Positions 1-10,166 of a stretch of DNA of 64,000 bases are shown piece by piece; the first letter of the stretch is position 1; every line of letters starts with the position of its first letter. Made by a program: the position numbers and the translations under genes. The notes below the pieces were generated by a model. It was not told the DNA's origin. It worked only from the letters and a program-made list of their open reading frames with translations, and searched no databases. This DNA comes from Gemmatimonadales bacterium. GTDB lineage: Bacteria; Gemmatimonadota; Gemmatimonadetes; Gemmatimonadales; GWC2-71-9. Where the stretch lies: contig DASQIZ010000097.1 of assembly GCA_035631315.1 (NCBI GenBank), positions 10,097 through 74,096 on the forward strand, read 5' to 3'.

Positions 1-1995
1 CGCCGCGGCGGGAAGCAGATCGAACGCGTTGACGTCGCGCCCCTCGGCGTACCGGCCGTAGGTGGCATGCCCCTGCCCCGTCGGGATCCCGAGGACACCG
101 GGACGGATGGAGGGCGTGACCCACACGGTCACGCGGGCCGTGCTGCCCGACGCGGTCTTGATCAGGAGGTAGTCACCGTTCTCCACCGCCCACTTCGCCG
201 CGGTGTCGGGGTGCAGCTCCACCCACGACTGCCACATGATCTTCGAAACCGGGTGCGGCAGCTCCTGCAGCCAGGGCTTGTTGGCGCCCCGGCCGTCATA
301 GAGCGCGTAATGCGGATAGACGATGACCGGATACTCCTCCTTGCCGCCGGCCAGCGCCGCCGTCGCGGGAGCGCCGGCGAAGATCTTCCCGGCATCGGCG
401 CCGAGACGCGTGCTGGTGGAAGGAGCCTCGCCGAAGGAGCCACCATGCTGCACCGCGTCGGCCCAGGTCTGACCCTTCGGGGCTCTCCACCTGCCTTGCA
501 CGTAGTCCTTGAAGGAACCGGTCTTCCCGGCGAGCGAGGCGACGACGTCGCCGGCGCCACGGGCGTTCGACTGGACCGGCTGCATCGCGGGCTGCTGGAG
601 GGCGAAAATGCCGGCGCGCGGCCGGGAATCGCCCCACTGCTCGAGCGGATGGAGATCGGGCAACACAAGATCGGCTTCACTCGCCGTCTCGTCGAGCATC
701 GTCGCGAACGCGACGCGGAACGGTACCTTGCCCGCGGCGGCGGTGAAACCACTCACCGAGTACGCCGGGTTGGCACCGTGGGTGATCAGGACCGCGACCG
801 TGCCGGCCGTCATGTCGGCCATCAGACCGGTCAGCTCGCGGTACGAACCCGCCTGTCCGTGCGCCAGCTCGGCGCCGAACTTCACCGTCTTGCCGACGTT
901 GCCGGCGACGTAGTTCAGGATGTTGACCGCGGCGACGATCTCGGCGCCGTTCGGATACTGGGCCGCCATGCCGCCCGCCACCGCCAGGCCGCCCTTGGCC
1001 CCGCCGAACTCCTTGGCGAGCCGTTCGATGGTCTGCGCATCGACGCCCGTCGCATCCGCCACCAGCGCGGGCCGGTGACGATTGAGGAGGTCGGAGAGAC
1101 GGCCGGCATCGCCCGGCGCGCCGCCGGACTTCTGGATGACGTAGGCCATGGCGAGCGCCAGCAGGCCCTCGGAGCCCGGAATGACGCCGATCCACTCGTC
1201 GGCGTTCAGGCCCTCGAGGGACATCCGGGGGCTCACCGCGACGAACTTGGCCATTTGCGCGTCGCGTCCCGACTGGAATCCGTGCGCGCTGGAGAACCCG
1301 TGCTGGAACGCGACCGGCGACAGCCAGGTCTCCATGAAGTCGGCGCCGAAGGACAGGATGTACTTGGCCGATGCGAAATCGTACGACGGAATGGCAGCGG
1401 TCCCGAAGGCCATGCGATTGCCTTCGCGGAGCGCTTCGAACGCGAAGGGCTCGTACGTGACATGCCGGCCACCCACGTGCTTCATCCACTCGTCCACCAG
1501 ATCACCGAAGCTCGAGGCCTCGAGGCCGGTGATGAACACGATGCCTTTGCCCTTCGCGTCCTTCACCTTGCCGGTGAGGCGGCCCAGCGCGTCTTCCCAC
1601 GTGATCTTCCCGAGCTTGCCGGACGCGTCCTTCGCGAACGGGTCGGTCAGGCGGTCGGGATTGTAGAGCCCCTGCAGCGACGCCTGGCCGCGGGCGCAGA
1701 GGCGTCCCGCGTTGATCGGCGATGCCGGGTTGCCTTCGATCTTGATGGCCCGCCCCTCGCGCGTCTTCACCAGGATGCCGCAGCCGGCCGCGCACTCGCG
1801 GCAGGTGCTGGCATAGAACGTGGGAACGCCGGGGACTTCGTCTTCCGACTGGACCAGGTAGGGGATCAGGTGCTCGGTCGGTTCCGGGCCGATGCCGCAC
1901 CCGGCGACCACCGCCGCGCCGCCTCCGGTCACACCGAGGACCTTGAGGAACCGGCGCCGGTTCATCCCGTCGACCATGTCGTCTCCGCTGATCAT
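1..1995 (-). CDS. actB: Alternative complex III subunit ActB (molybdopterin-oxidoreductase-like Fe-S subunit), 3' end cut by window edge
   Basis: Absent from the ORF track (no stop in window). My own minus-strand translation from ATG at 1995 gives MISGDDMVDGMNRRRFLKVLGVTGGGAAVVAGCG (twin-arginine signal), then STCRECAAGCGILVKTREGRAIKIEGNP and GRLCARGQASLQGLYNPDRL (MopB-type N-terminal Cys cluster). The frame stays open to base 1. It starts 1 nt after the actA stop. Confidence 0.85.
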   Translation of the reverse strand, partial: MISGDDMVDGMNRRRFLKVLGVTGGGAAVVAGCGIGPEPTEHLIPYLVQSEDEVPGVPTFYASTCRECAAGCGILVKTREGRAIKIEGNPASPINAGRLCARGQASLQGLYNPDRLTDPFAKDASGKLGKITWEDALGRLTGKVKDAKGKGIVFITGLEASSFGDLVDEWMKHVGGRHVTYEPFAFEALREGNRMAFGTAAIPSYDFASAKYILSFGADFMETWLSPVAFQHGFSSAHGFQSGRDAQMAKFVAVSPRMSLEGLNADEWIGVIPGSEGLLALAMAYVIQKSGGAPGDAGRLSDLLNRHRPALVADATGVDAQTIERLAKEFGGAKGGLAVAGGMAAQYPNGAEIVAAVNILNYVAGNVGKTVKFGAELAHGQAGSYRELTGLMADMTAGTVAVLITHGANPAYSVSGFTAAAGKVPFRVAFATMLDETASEADLVLPDLHPLEQWGDSRPRAGIFALQQPAMQPVQSNARGAGDVVASLAGKTGSFKDYVQGRWRAPKGQTWADAVQHGGSFGEAPSTSTRLGADAGKIFAGAPATAALAGGKEEYPVIVYPHYALYDGRGANKPWLQELPHPVSKIMWQSWVELHPDTAAKWAVENGDYLLIKTASGSTARVTVWVTPSIRPGVLGIPTGQGHATYGRYAEGRDVNAFDLLPAAA

Positions 1996-1996
1996 G

Positions 1997-2590
1997 CTAG
2001 TAGTGACACACTGTGCAGTCCCGCGTCACCTTCTTCTCCACGTGACAGCGGATGCACCAGCCCATGCGGAGCGTCTGCACCTGCGCAACCTGGGTCGTGT
2101 GCGCGATGTCGCCGTGACAGGTGGCGCAGGCGTTGTCGCCGAGGGCCTTGATGTGGCGCATATGCGGGAAGTGCACGAACCCGGGCAGGGTGTGCACACG
2201 GATCCACTCCGGCGGCTGCTTGTCACTCCAGGCCTTCCGCACCTTCGCGATTTCGGCCTGGTGCGACGGCGTCGAGCCACTGATGAGCTGATGGCAGCCC
2301 ATGCAGGTCTGGAGCGACGGAATCCCCGGCTCGGTGGATACTTTCACCGTGTAGTGGCAATACATGCAGGGGATTTGGTCTTGACCAGCGTGGATGTCGT
2401 GGCGGAAAAAGATGGGTTGGCGGGGGCCCTTGAGTCGGGCCGTATCCGTCACCTGGGGGGCTTGGTATCTGGGCGCCGCTTGTGCGGCGAGCGCCTGCGT
2501 GGCGCCAATGAGCAGGACCAGCGCGAGCGCTGCCCTACTCCCTCCGTGCATCGTCATCAATGCGTGTGCCTCGATGGCGAAGTAAGTCAA
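1997..2590 (-). CDS. actA: Alternative complex III subunit ActA, pentaheme cytochrome c
   Basis: Five CxxCH motifs (CMYCH, CMGCH, CATCH, CIRCH, CTVCH) and an N-terminal signal/anchor (AALALVLLIGATQALAAQ). It lies immediately upstream of actB. The true start may be an internal Met (MTMHGG...). Confidence 0.85.
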   Translation of the reverse strand: MTYFAIEAHALMTMHGGSRAALALVLLIGATQALAAQAAPRYQAPQVTDTARLKGPRQPIFFRHDIHAGQDQIPCMYCHYTVKVSTEPGIPSLQTCMGCHQLISGSTPSHQAEIAKVRKAWSDKQPPEWIRVHTLPGFVHFPHMRHIKALGDNACATCHGDIAHTTQVAQVQTLRMGWCIRCHVEKKVTRDCTVCHY

Positions 2591-2666
2591 GAAAAAAGCG
2601 ACTGCGAACGGCTTGTGGGCGCAGGAATGTAGCGCCTTTCGGGAACCTCACACAAGCGGTGCGCGG

Positions 2667-3128
2667 TCACTCCGGTCGGGCAAGGAGGTGATGCTTGAAA
2701 CGGATCACTTCAACGAACGCGTCGACCCGTTCGAGATCGTCGAACTCCATCCAGCACCACCGGAGCCCGGAGTCCAGCATTCCGTCTTTGACGGCCTGGC
2801 GGACGGCGCGCGGGATCCCGTCCCCCGAGCCGAGCTCCGCTTCTTCCGCAGGGCTCAGGACGAACGTGCCGCTGACGCCGGACCGCATCGGATGGAGGTA
2901 ACCGAGCTTGCGTCCGCCGACCTCGTACATCCAGACCCACTTCCAGGTGGTGCCGAGAAACACCACTTGTTCGGTGACGTGCTTGAGGGCTCTGATGCCC
3001 TCGCGCGCCCGTTTGAAGCGGCCGGCGGCGCGCTGGGGCAAATCCCGAATAGGAGAGTCGGTTTTCGGACGCTGACGGGGACTCGGGTACAGATTTGTCG
3101 CCCAGTAGGCGGCTGAAGGGTTGGTCAT
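2667..3128 (-). CDS. Hypothetical protein, DUF3788-like by pattern
   Basis: 153-aa ORF with normal composition (WKWVWMYEVGGRKLGYLHPMRSGVSGTFVLSPAEEAEL). The overlapping plus-strand ORF 2613..3116 is less protein-like. Family assignment is from memory only. Confidence 0.45.
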   Translation of the reverse strand: MTNPSAAYWATNLYPSPRQRPKTDSPIRDLPQRAAGRFKRAREGIRALKHVTEQVVFLGTTWKWVWMYEVGGRKLGYLHPMRSGVSGTFVLSPAEEAELGSGDGIPRAVRQAVKDGMLDSGLRWCWMEFDDLERVDAFVEVIRFKHHLLARPE

Positions 3129-3140
3129 CGCGCCCTAAAA

Positions 3141-6100
3141 TTAGGGCTCGTCGTCTCCTTCGCCATTCCCCACACCCTCGGGCGCCGGGGCCCGGACGCT
3201 CAAGGAAATCGCGGGCAATCCGGCCCCTTTCAAGCGCTGGTTGAGCGCGGGGATCAGGGCGTCGGTGAAACTCTTGGCCAGGTTGAGGCTCGTCTCCAGG
3301 TCCACCTGGAGACTCACCACCGCCCTCTCGACCTGGTCCGTAGGTGCTGCATCAGCCCCTTCGATCACACCGTAGACACCCGCCAGCTCGCCGTTCAGGC
3401 CCTCCAGGGACGACCGGCCACCGGACTCGAGCTTGTCCAACCGGCCGTCGACGGAATCGATGGCCGCCTTCAGGGAGTCGGCCGCCGGGTTGGACCGCAG
3501 CGCCGCGAGCTGACGACGAATACCCCGGACATGCGACAGGGCGTCGTAGCTCCGCTCGAGGCCATTCGCCAGCGTGCTCGCCAGTCCGTACTGATGCTTC
3601 AAGGTCGCGATTGTGACCGGGACTCGGGGATCCATCTTCACCACAAGAGAGGCGTGCGCGGTCGAAGACCCGGCGGTCAGGGTGATCGAGTATTTGCCCG
3701 GCGTGACCCAAGGGCCCCGGGGCTCCAGTGGTGTGTTGTGGATGACCGCCGCAATCGGGTAGTCACGGTTGAGGACGGCAATCGGGGCGCCGTGCAAGTC
3801 CCAGACGAAGCGGTGCGCCCCCGCGGCGGTCCCCACCTTCTGAGGGGGCCGGATCCAATACAATGGGATGTTCACGCTGGTGTCGACCGACGTCGTATCC
3901 TCGCTCGTGAACCGGCGGACGAGCGCACCGCTCGTGTCCCGGACCTCGATCGCGACGTGATTGGCGTCTGCCGCGAGCGCGTATTCGATGATGGCGCCGT
4001 CCGGTGGATTGTCCCCCGCTGGTTCGTCAGGCGGGATTGGCGTATCGGTGTTGTTGTTCCACCTGACCCGATAGGCCGGGGCGGGCCGGAAGAGGTGCGT
4101 CGATCCCGCGAGACCGGACGCGAGCTCCCGCAGCCGCGACATGTCGTCGAGAATCCAGAACCCGCGCCCGTGCGTCCCCACCACCAGATCATTCTCGTGA
4201 ATCGTGAGGTCGCGTACCGCCGTCGCCGGCAAATCCAGCCGCAGCGACTGCCAGTGGTCGCCATCATCGAACGAGACGTAGACCGAACGCTCGGTGCCGG
4301 CGAAGAGCAGTCCCTTCTTCACCGGATCTTCGTGCACGGCGTTCACGACTTCGTCGTCGGGGATTCCCGACACGATTTCCGTCCACGTCTTCCCGCCATC
4401 GCGGGTCCGGTAGATGTGCGGATGCAGATCATCCAGGCGGAACCGGTTCACCGCCGCATAGGCTTCGGCGGTATCGGTGTGGGATGCCTCCATGACGGAC
4501 ACCTTGCTCCAGGGCGTCAACGCCGGCGGGGTCACCTTGCTCCAGTGAAGCCCGCCGTCATGCGTCACCCAGATCAGGCCGTCGTCGGTCCCCGCCCACA
4601 AGAGCGCCAGCTTCTTGAATGACGGGGCGATGGTGTAGATCACACCGCGGTGGCCGCCGTGCTGCGGGTCCTGGGACATGAAGGCGCGAATAACGGACGG
4701 CGTGTCGGATGCCGTCCGCGTGAGATCGGGACTGATCACTTGCCAGTGCTCCCCGCCATCGCGCGTCTTGAACACCACGTTCGACCCGAGGTACAGCGTA
4801 TGGGGATCGACGGGAGAGAAGAGTACGGGCATCGTGCGCACCCAGCGGTACTTCCCCGAGCGGATCGGTTCAGGAGAAACATCCTGGACCTGGCCGGTAC
4901 GCCAGTCGTAGCGGCTGATCTTGCCGCCATAAACGAGGTTGGGATTCAACGGGTCCGGTGCGACGTATCCGTACTCCTCCGCACCCACCGGATGCCAGTC
5001 GCGGAAATTGATCTCGCCATCATTCCCACGGCTCCAGATCCCCGCCGAGCCACTCTCCTGCTGACCGCCGTAGACACGATACGGGAACGCGTTGTCGGTC
5101 GAGACGTGGTAGAACTGGGCGGTGGGCTGGTTGAACCACGAGCTCCACGTGCGGCCGTCGTTCCGGGTGATGATGGCACCCTGGTCACCGGCGAGCAGGA
5201 TGGTGTTGGGGTCGTCGGGGTTGATCCAGAGGCGGTGATAGTCGTCGCCCCCGGGCGCTCCGCGCCATCCGGTGAACGACACGCCGCCATCGGTAGACTT
5301 CCACGTCACGACGTTGGCGATGTAGACGATGTCGGCGTTCCTGGGATTCACCTTCACTTCATTGAAGTCGCCGTCACGTCCCCAGATCCGGGGATCGGCG
5401 TCCTGCACGTGCCAGTGCTCTCCATCGTCATCGGAGCGGTACAGCGCGCCACCCGAGTCCGCACCGACCACCGCGTACATCCGCGCGGGCTCCGACGGCG
5501 AGATGCCGAGGCCGATGCGGCCCAGTCCCTGCGCCGCGCCCGGAAGCCCCGCGGTGATCTGCCTCCAGGTCGTGCCGCCATCGGTCGACTTATAGAGCCC
5601 GTTGTTCGCCGAAAGCACAAACGAGCCACCGATCTCCCAGGGAGCCTGCCGGCCCGCCCAGAGCGTCGCGAAGACGACCTGGGGATTCGACGCATCGAAG
5701 GCCACATCGAAGGCACCAGTGTTCTCGTCCGTGTAGAGGACCTTCTCCCAGGTCGTGCCGCCATCCGTCGACCGGAAGACCCCACGCTCGGTGTTGGGTC
5801 CATACGGGTGCCCCAGCACGGCCGCGAACACCCGGTTCGGGTCATGGGGATCGACGATGACGGCCGGGATCTGTTGGCCGTCTCTGAGACCCAGATGGGT
5901 CCATGTTGCACCGCCATCAGTCGACTTGTAGATGCCGTCGCCGACGGAAAGATCGGGCCGCTGGAGGCCTTCCCCGCTCCCGACATAGATGGTATTCGGA
6001 TCCGACGGGGCCACCGCCACCGCCCCAATCGATCCCGTCGACTCGGCGTCGAACACGGGCATCCACGTGCGTCCCGCGTCATCGGTCTTCCACACCCCGC

Positions 6101-6278
6101 CGTTGTTCACCCCGATGAAAAACGTGTTGGGATGCCCGGGCACACCCGTCGCCCCGACGGTCCGCCCGCCCCGGAAGGGACCGATCGAGCGCCAGTGCAA
6201 GCCTCCGAAGAGGGACGCTGGGACCTGCGCGGAGAGTGAGACCGGGAGTACGGCGAGCAAGAGCGCGAGCGATCTCAC
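3141..6278 (-). CDS. Secreted BNR/Asp-box repeat protein (sortilin/VPS10-like, GH74-like beta-propellers)
   Basis: Signal peptide MRSLALLLAVLPVSLSAQ. Repeated S-x-D-x-G-x-T-W boxes (KTDDAGRTW, STDGGATW, STDGGTTW x2, STDGGVSF, TRDGGEHW, THDGGLHW, TRDGGKTW). GTG start overlaps the upstream stop (GTGA at 6275-6278). Confidence 0.8.
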   Translation of the reverse strand: MRSLALLLAVLPVSLSAQVPASLFGGLHWRSIGPFRGGRTVGATGVPGHPNTFFIGVNNGGVWKTDDAGRTWMPVFDAESTGSIGAVAVAPSDPNTIYVGSGEGLQRPDLSVGDGIYKSTDGGATWTHLGLRDGQQIPAVIVDPHDPNRVFAAVLGHPYGPNTERGVFRSTDGGTTWEKVLYTDENTGAFDVAFDASNPQVVFATLWAGRQAPWEIGGSFVLSANNGLYKSTDGGTTWRQITAGLPGAAQGLGRIGLGISPSEPARMYAVVGADSGGALYRSDDDGEHWHVQDADPRIWGRDGDFNEVKVNPRNADIVYIANVVTWKSTDGGVSFTGWRGAPGGDDYHRLWINPDDPNTILLAGDQGAIITRNDGRTWSSWFNQPTAQFYHVSTDNAFPYRVYGGQQESGSAGIWSRGNDGEINFRDWHPVGAEEYGYVAPDPLNPNLVYGGKISRYDWRTGQVQDVSPEPIRSGKYRWVRTMPVLFSPVDPHTLYLGSNVVFKTRDGGEHWQVISPDLTRTASDTPSVIRAFMSQDPQHGGHRGVIYTIAPSFKKLALLWAGTDDGLIWVTHDGGLHWSKVTPPALTPWSKVSVMEASHTDTAEAYAAVNRFRLDDLHPHIYRTRDGGKTWTEIVSGIPDDEVVNAVHEDPVKKGLLFAGTERSVYVSFDDGDHWQSLRLDLPATAVRDLTIHENDLVVGTHGRGFWILDDMSRLRELASGLAGSTHLFRPAPAYRVRWNNNTDTPIPPDEPAGDNPPDGAIIEYALAADANHVAIEVRDTSGALVRRFTSEDTTSVDTSVNIPLYWIRPPQKVGTAAGAHRFVWDLHGAPIAVLNRDYPIAAVIHNTPLEPRGPWVTPGKYSITLTAGSSTAHASLVVKMDPRVPVTIATLKHQYGLASTLANGLERSYDALSHVRGIRRQLAALRSNPAADSLKAAIDSVDGRLDKLESGGRSSLEGLNGELAGVYGVIEGADAAPTDQVERAVVSLQVDLETSLNLAKSFTDALIPALNQRLKGAGLPAISLSVRAPAPEGVGNGEGDDEP

Positions 6279-7423
6279 GAAGATCCTCCAAGGGAACTGA
6301 CCGCGGCCCGGACGGCCTCGAAGCGCCCGCCATCGAGCAGACGTCCGGCCGCCTGGTTCGGGACGGCCATCATGCCGCCCGCATCCATGCTGAGCTTGAT
6401 CACGTCAACATTCCGCCCGAACCAGCGGGCTGAAGGCTCGAGGTCCGACGGGTAGACGAACTGAGACAAACTTGCGGCGGCGAGTGGCGCCTGCGAACCG
6501 ATCCCCGACTCCGGCATCGTTCCCGCCCACAGCTTCGCGCCGAGTTCCTTCGCCACCCGATAGATGCGGCAGAACTCGGTCAGCCCGCCCATCCGGTGGA
6601 CCTTGATGTTCCATACCTTCGGTCCGCCGAGCGCCGCGATCTGCTTCGCGTGGCTCTCACTGCGCAATGTCTCGTCAAGACAGATGGCCGTCTTGAGCGT
6701 CCGCCCGACCTCGGCATGCCCCACCAATTCGTCGGGCGCGAGGGGCTGCTCGATATAGAGGAGGCCCGCGTCGTCGAGCGCGCGCAGGGCCTTCTCATCC
6801 CGCGGCCAACGATAGGCGCCGTTCGCATCCACCGTGAGGGGGAGATCCGTTCCGGCCATCCCGGCGCGCGCGGCTTTCACCGCCTCGGCGTCCCATCCGG
6901 GCGCGACCTTGATCTTCACCCGCCGGTATCCGCGGCCGACCGCCTCGTAGACGCGGGCGGTCAGCGTGCCGAGCTGCCGATCATCAGGGATGCCGAGCGC
7001 GACGCCGCACGGGATGGAGGCGGCGGGCGTTTCGCCGAGGCGTTCGCCGAGCAAGTGCGCCAGGCCGACACCACGGGTGTGCGCCTCGAGGTCCCAGGCC
7101 GCAGTCTCGACGCCGGCGATGGCGAACGGATTGCCCCGCACGCCTTCGCGCAGCGCGGCGTCCACCGCTTCGGGGGAGGCGAACTCCCTCCCCACCACGC
7201 GCGGCAGGAGGACATCGCGGGTGAGTTGTGTGGCGGAACCAAGAGTCTCTTCGGAGTAGAAGGGCAGCTCAAAGGGTGGCGCCTCGCCGTAGCCGACGTG
7301 GCCGTTGCCGCCATGCAGTACGACGATCAACGAGCGCCGCTCCCTGATCGCGCCCCCCGAGATAATGAAGGGCTCCACCAGGGGCAGGCGGAGATCGAAG
7401 AGCTCAGCCTTGAGGATTCGCAT
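6275..7423 (-). CDS. Enolase-superfamily enzyme, MLE subgroup (o-succinylbenzoate synthase / N-acylamino-acid racemase / dipeptide epimerase-like)
   Basis: KxK motif RVKIKV, metal ligands in VDANGAY / IEQP / LDET, second catalytic Lys in NIKVHRMGG. Start set at MRILKAEL (ATG 7423). The track start 7483 adds 20 non-conserved residues. Confidence 0.8.
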   Translation of the reverse strand: MRILKAELFDLRLPLVEPFIISGGAIRERRSLIVVLHGGNGHVGYGEAPPFELPFYSEETLGSATQLTRDVLLPRVVGREFASPEAVDAALREGVRGNPFAIAGVETAAWDLEAHTRGVGLAHLLGERLGETPAASIPCGVALGIPDDRQLGTLTARVYEAVGRGYRRVKIKVAPGWDAEAVKAARAGMAGTDLPLTVDANGAYRWPRDEKALRALDDAGLLYIEQPLAPDELVGHAEVGRTLKTAICLDETLRSESHAKQIAALGGPKVWNIKVHRMGGLTEFCRIYRVAKELGAKLWAGTMPESGIGSQAPLAAASLSQFVYPSDLEPSARWFGRNVDVIKLSMDAGGMMAVPNQAAGRLLDGGRFEAVRAAVSSLGGSS

Positions 7424-8543
7424 GGAGAAGGTCGAGGAACCGGAGCTCCCCATCGTGCCGTTCGACGCGCCCCGCCGCTTCATGCTCCCACAGCACCGCG
7501 ATCAGGCCATCGGTGGGATCGAAGATCATCTGATGAAGCACACGCTGGGTGCGGGATCCGCCGGTCGAGGGATACGCGGATAAGGGAAGCTGAAATGCCG
7601 TGTGCAGCTGAACACTTTCGCATCCATGCAGGGCGTACTCGGCAATCATACGGCCAGAATTCACATTCCCGGTGCCAGTGAAGGCAGTACCAGACCCCGG
7701 GCGCAAGTCCGGGGTTGCGAGGATTCGCAGGTTGCGGTCCGACAATTCCCAACCACCATACGCCACCCGCTGGTCCGTATCGAAGAGCCGGTTGAATACG
7801 ATCAGAGCATCGGCTCCCTTCGTCGCTTTCACCATCTGGCGCTGAAAATCGTCGTCGAACCGGGCGTTCATGAGTTTGACTGCGAGCTGCACGTCGCCAC
7901 CCGCCCGGATCCGCGCAGGAACTTCGTCGAGCCAACGCAGAATGGTTTCCGGTTCGTCGGAGCGCGCATCGCCTGCCAGGGTGGGCGAGAAGTCCTTCTC
8001 GAGCGGGAGCGGAGCCCTGCCCCATTCCCGCGCCAGGGCACCGGTCGTGAACCGGTACTCCTCGTCGCGAAAGGGCTCGTCTCGGACCGGTAGGTGGTAT
8101 TTCACGGATGGAACGGCGACCATCTCGCCGCTCCGCGTGAGGTCGCGTGCCACACGCACCAGCGCGAGATAGTCGTCGAAGCTCCGGTCCCACCCCCGGC
8201 CCTTCCACGTCACCGTCCACCCGTCGCGACCGCCGGCCCGGCGGCGCTCGACGTCCATCTTCGTCTCGTGCGTCGCCCAGGCCTTCATCGTCTGCGCCCC
8301 GTTCGCGTCCCGCGCGATGACGGTCTTCAGCACGACGAACGCGAGACCCGCTGCGTGGTCGGTGTCGAGCTGGGATTCGTGAAGGGACAGCTGGCCTGAC
8401 CCCTTGCCGATGGGATGCGGCAACGGGAAGCCAAGGTACCGGGCACTCAGATCGATGCGATAGCGCTCCCGCACATGAGCGGGGAAATCGCGCGGTAGGT
8501 CGCGGCCGAACCGCTCGAAATCACGCTCGAGCTGCGCGCGCAT
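7404..8543 (-). CDS. Dihydroorotate-dehydrogenase-like TIM-barrel oxidoreductase
   Basis: The N-terminus YLGFPLPHPIGKGSGQLS...GLAFVVLKTVI follows the class-1 DHOD/DPD pattern. Family assignment is by pattern only. Confidence 0.55.
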   Translation of the reverse strand: MRAQLERDFERFGRDLPRDFPAHVRERYRIDLSARYLGFPLPHPIGKGSGQLSLHESQLDTDHAAGLAFVVLKTVIARDANGAQTMKAWATHETKMDVERRRAGGRDGWTVTWKGRGWDRSFDDYLALVRVARDLTRSGEMVAVPSVKYHLPVRDEPFRDEEYRFTTGALAREWGRAPLPLEKDFSPTLAGDARSDEPETILRWLDEVPARIRAGGDVQLAVKLMNARFDDDFQRQMVKATKGADALIVFNRLFDTDQRVAYGGWELSDRNLRILATPDLRPGSGTAFTGTGNVNSGRMIAEYALHGCESVQLHTAFQLPLSAYPSTGGSRTQRVLHQMIFDPTDGLIAVLWEHEAAGRVERHDGELRFLDLLHANPQG

Positions 8544-9393
8544 CCGTCACCGCGCGGCGCACTGCTTCCCGCTCGGCCGGCTCGAGCTGGGGACCCCACG
8601 GATCGTCGCACACATCGTCGGGAATCACGCCCTGCGCCGCGGCGGCCCACAACATCCGGCGGATGTACCCCTCCATCGGGTCCGTGAAGGTCGCGAGCGA
8701 AAAGCGGTCGAGGATGCCGGAGAGCCGCACGAAGAGTCCGAAGTTGTCCTCGCGGAACGCCCGGATCAGCTCGGCCTGCAGATCGGTGAGCGCCGCGCCC
8801 ATACCGATCAACGCCGCCCGCGCTCCCAGCGTGAACGAATACCCAAGGAAGCGGTCCTCGCCGGTGATCAGGAGTTTGTCGCGATACGGGCGCACCAGGT
8901 CCGCAATCCGCTGGAACGTCATCACCGAATCGAGCGTCGCCACCTTGATCCCCACGACTCCGGGCAGCTGCAGGAGCGCGTGCAGGGTGCGATTGTCGTA
9001 CGAGATTCCGCCGGCCGCCGCATACAGGTAGAACGCGATGACCGGCAGCTCGCGCGCGAGCGCCGCGTGGAAGCCGACGGGCTCATCCGCCGTCGGATAC
9101 GCCAGCAGCGCATCGGCCCCGAGGGCCTTCGCCTCACGAGCCATCTCCACCGAGTTCACGCCGGCGATGACGACTTTGCCGGGCAGCGCGTCCCGCCAGA
9201 CCTGGAGGACGCGCCGCCGCTGCGGGGGCGACAGGTGCAGCCCGCGGCCAGTGTGCGCCCACACGGCGACTCCCGTGATCGGCTGCCCCGCCATCCAGGT
9301 GGCGTAGCCACGCAAGGCGTCGTCGGCTACCTCATGTCCACGGAACGGCGTCGGGACCGCCGGGATGAGCCCCCAATCCAGACGACGGTGCAT
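8521..9393 (-). CDS. Dihydrodipicolinate synthase/N-acetylneuraminate lyase family (class I aldolase-like)
   Basis: N-terminal IPAVPTPF and candidate Schiff-base Lys in VVGIKVAT, both at DapA-family positions. ATGA overlap with the upstream gene at 9393. Confidence 0.7.
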   Translation of the reverse strand: MHRRLDWGLIPAVPTPFRGHEVADDALRGYATWMAGQPITGVAVWAHTGRGLHLSPPQRRRVLQVWRDALPGKVVIAGVNSVEMAREAKALGADALLAYPTADEPVGFHAALARELPVIAFYLYAAAGGISYDNRTLHALLQLPGVVGIKVATLDSVMTFQRIADLVRPYRDKLLITGEDRFLGYSFTLGARAALIGMGAALTDLQAELIRAFREDNFGLFVRLSGILDRFSLATFTDPMEGYIRRMLWAAAAQGVIPDDVCDDPWGPQLEPAEREAVRRAVTDARAARA

Positions 9394-10166
9394 CAGCCCG
9401 CCACCAACCGGCGGGCGTTGCCGGCTTCGATCGCGCCGCGCGCGTCAGCAGAGAGATCCAATAGATCCAGCTTGGCCACGGAGTGCTCCGGAAGGCGCAG
9501 CGGCTGTCCGGTCCCGAACAGGAACCGCGACGGGCCGAGATTGGCCAGCAGCGTCGCGAGGTGATCCTCGGGCGGTCCCCAGATCCAGCTCAGGTCCCAC
9601 CAGAGCCGCTCGGCCTCGGACGGCGTCGAGCCGAAGTGCACTTCTTCGATGAACGAGCGGTCGGCATGCGTCACGATGAGCTTCAGCTCCGCATCGGCGC
9701 GGATCAGGGTCCGCACCGCCGAAGCGGGCAGATCGCCCGCCGTGTCGAGCGGATGCCGCTGCCGCAAATCCTCGAGGCGGACCGACATCAACAGGGGCAC
9801 GCCTGCCGAGCCGCACGTGGCCGCGAGCACGCGCATCTCGTGCCCCGTGGGGGCTAGCCCCAGGAATTGCGGATCGCACCGAACCGCGGGCGCCCCGCGC
9901 GTCGCCGCTTCGGCGAGCACTTCCTCCCAATGAGGGAGCGACGGATGCACGGTCGGCACGGGCTTGAGCCGTGGATGCGCGACGGCGGTCTCATACAGCC
10001 AGTCGTTCCCCTCGGTCGGATCCTTCCACCAGAGTCCCGGCAAGTGCGAAACCCAGGCTTCGGTGATCTCCACGCGATCCATGGCCTGGATCAGATGCGC
10101 CGGACTCGAGCCGGGGAGACGGCGCCACGGGTAGGCGCCCAGGAACGCGTTGACGTCGATTCGCAT
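9393..10166 (-). CDS. Amidohydrolase-2 family TIM-barrel protein
   Basis: The real start is MRIDVNAFLGAYPW at ATG 10166 (ATGA overlap with the upstream stop). The 144-aa Arg-rich N-terminal extension in the track ORF 9393..10598 is rejected. Confidence 0.7.
   Translation of the reverse strand: MRIDVNAFLGAYPWRRLPGSSPAHLIQAMDRVEITEAWVSHLPGLWWKDPTEGNDWLYETAVAHPRLKPVPTVHPSLPHWEEVLAEAATRGAPAVRCDPQFLGLAPTGHEMRVLAATCGSAGVPLLMSVRLEDLRQRHPLDTAGDLPASAVRTLIRADAELKLIVTHADRSFIEEVHFGSTPSEAERLWWDLSWIWGPPEDHLATLLANLGPSRFLFGTGQPLRLPEHSVAKLDLLDLSADARGAIEAGNARRLVAG

Noticed and set aside
67-2151. 694-aa plus-strand ORF, the longest in the first 2 kb
   Set aside because: The composition is Arg/Gly/Pro/Ala-rich and low in complexity, with no motifs. 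It is the antisense shadow of actB, whose minus-strand translation has a Tat signal and MopB Cys cluster.
2613-3116. 167-aa plus-strand ORF overlapping the DUF3788-like gene
   Set aside because: It is less protein-like than the minus-strand ORF and lacks an obvious RBS. This call is low-confidence either way.
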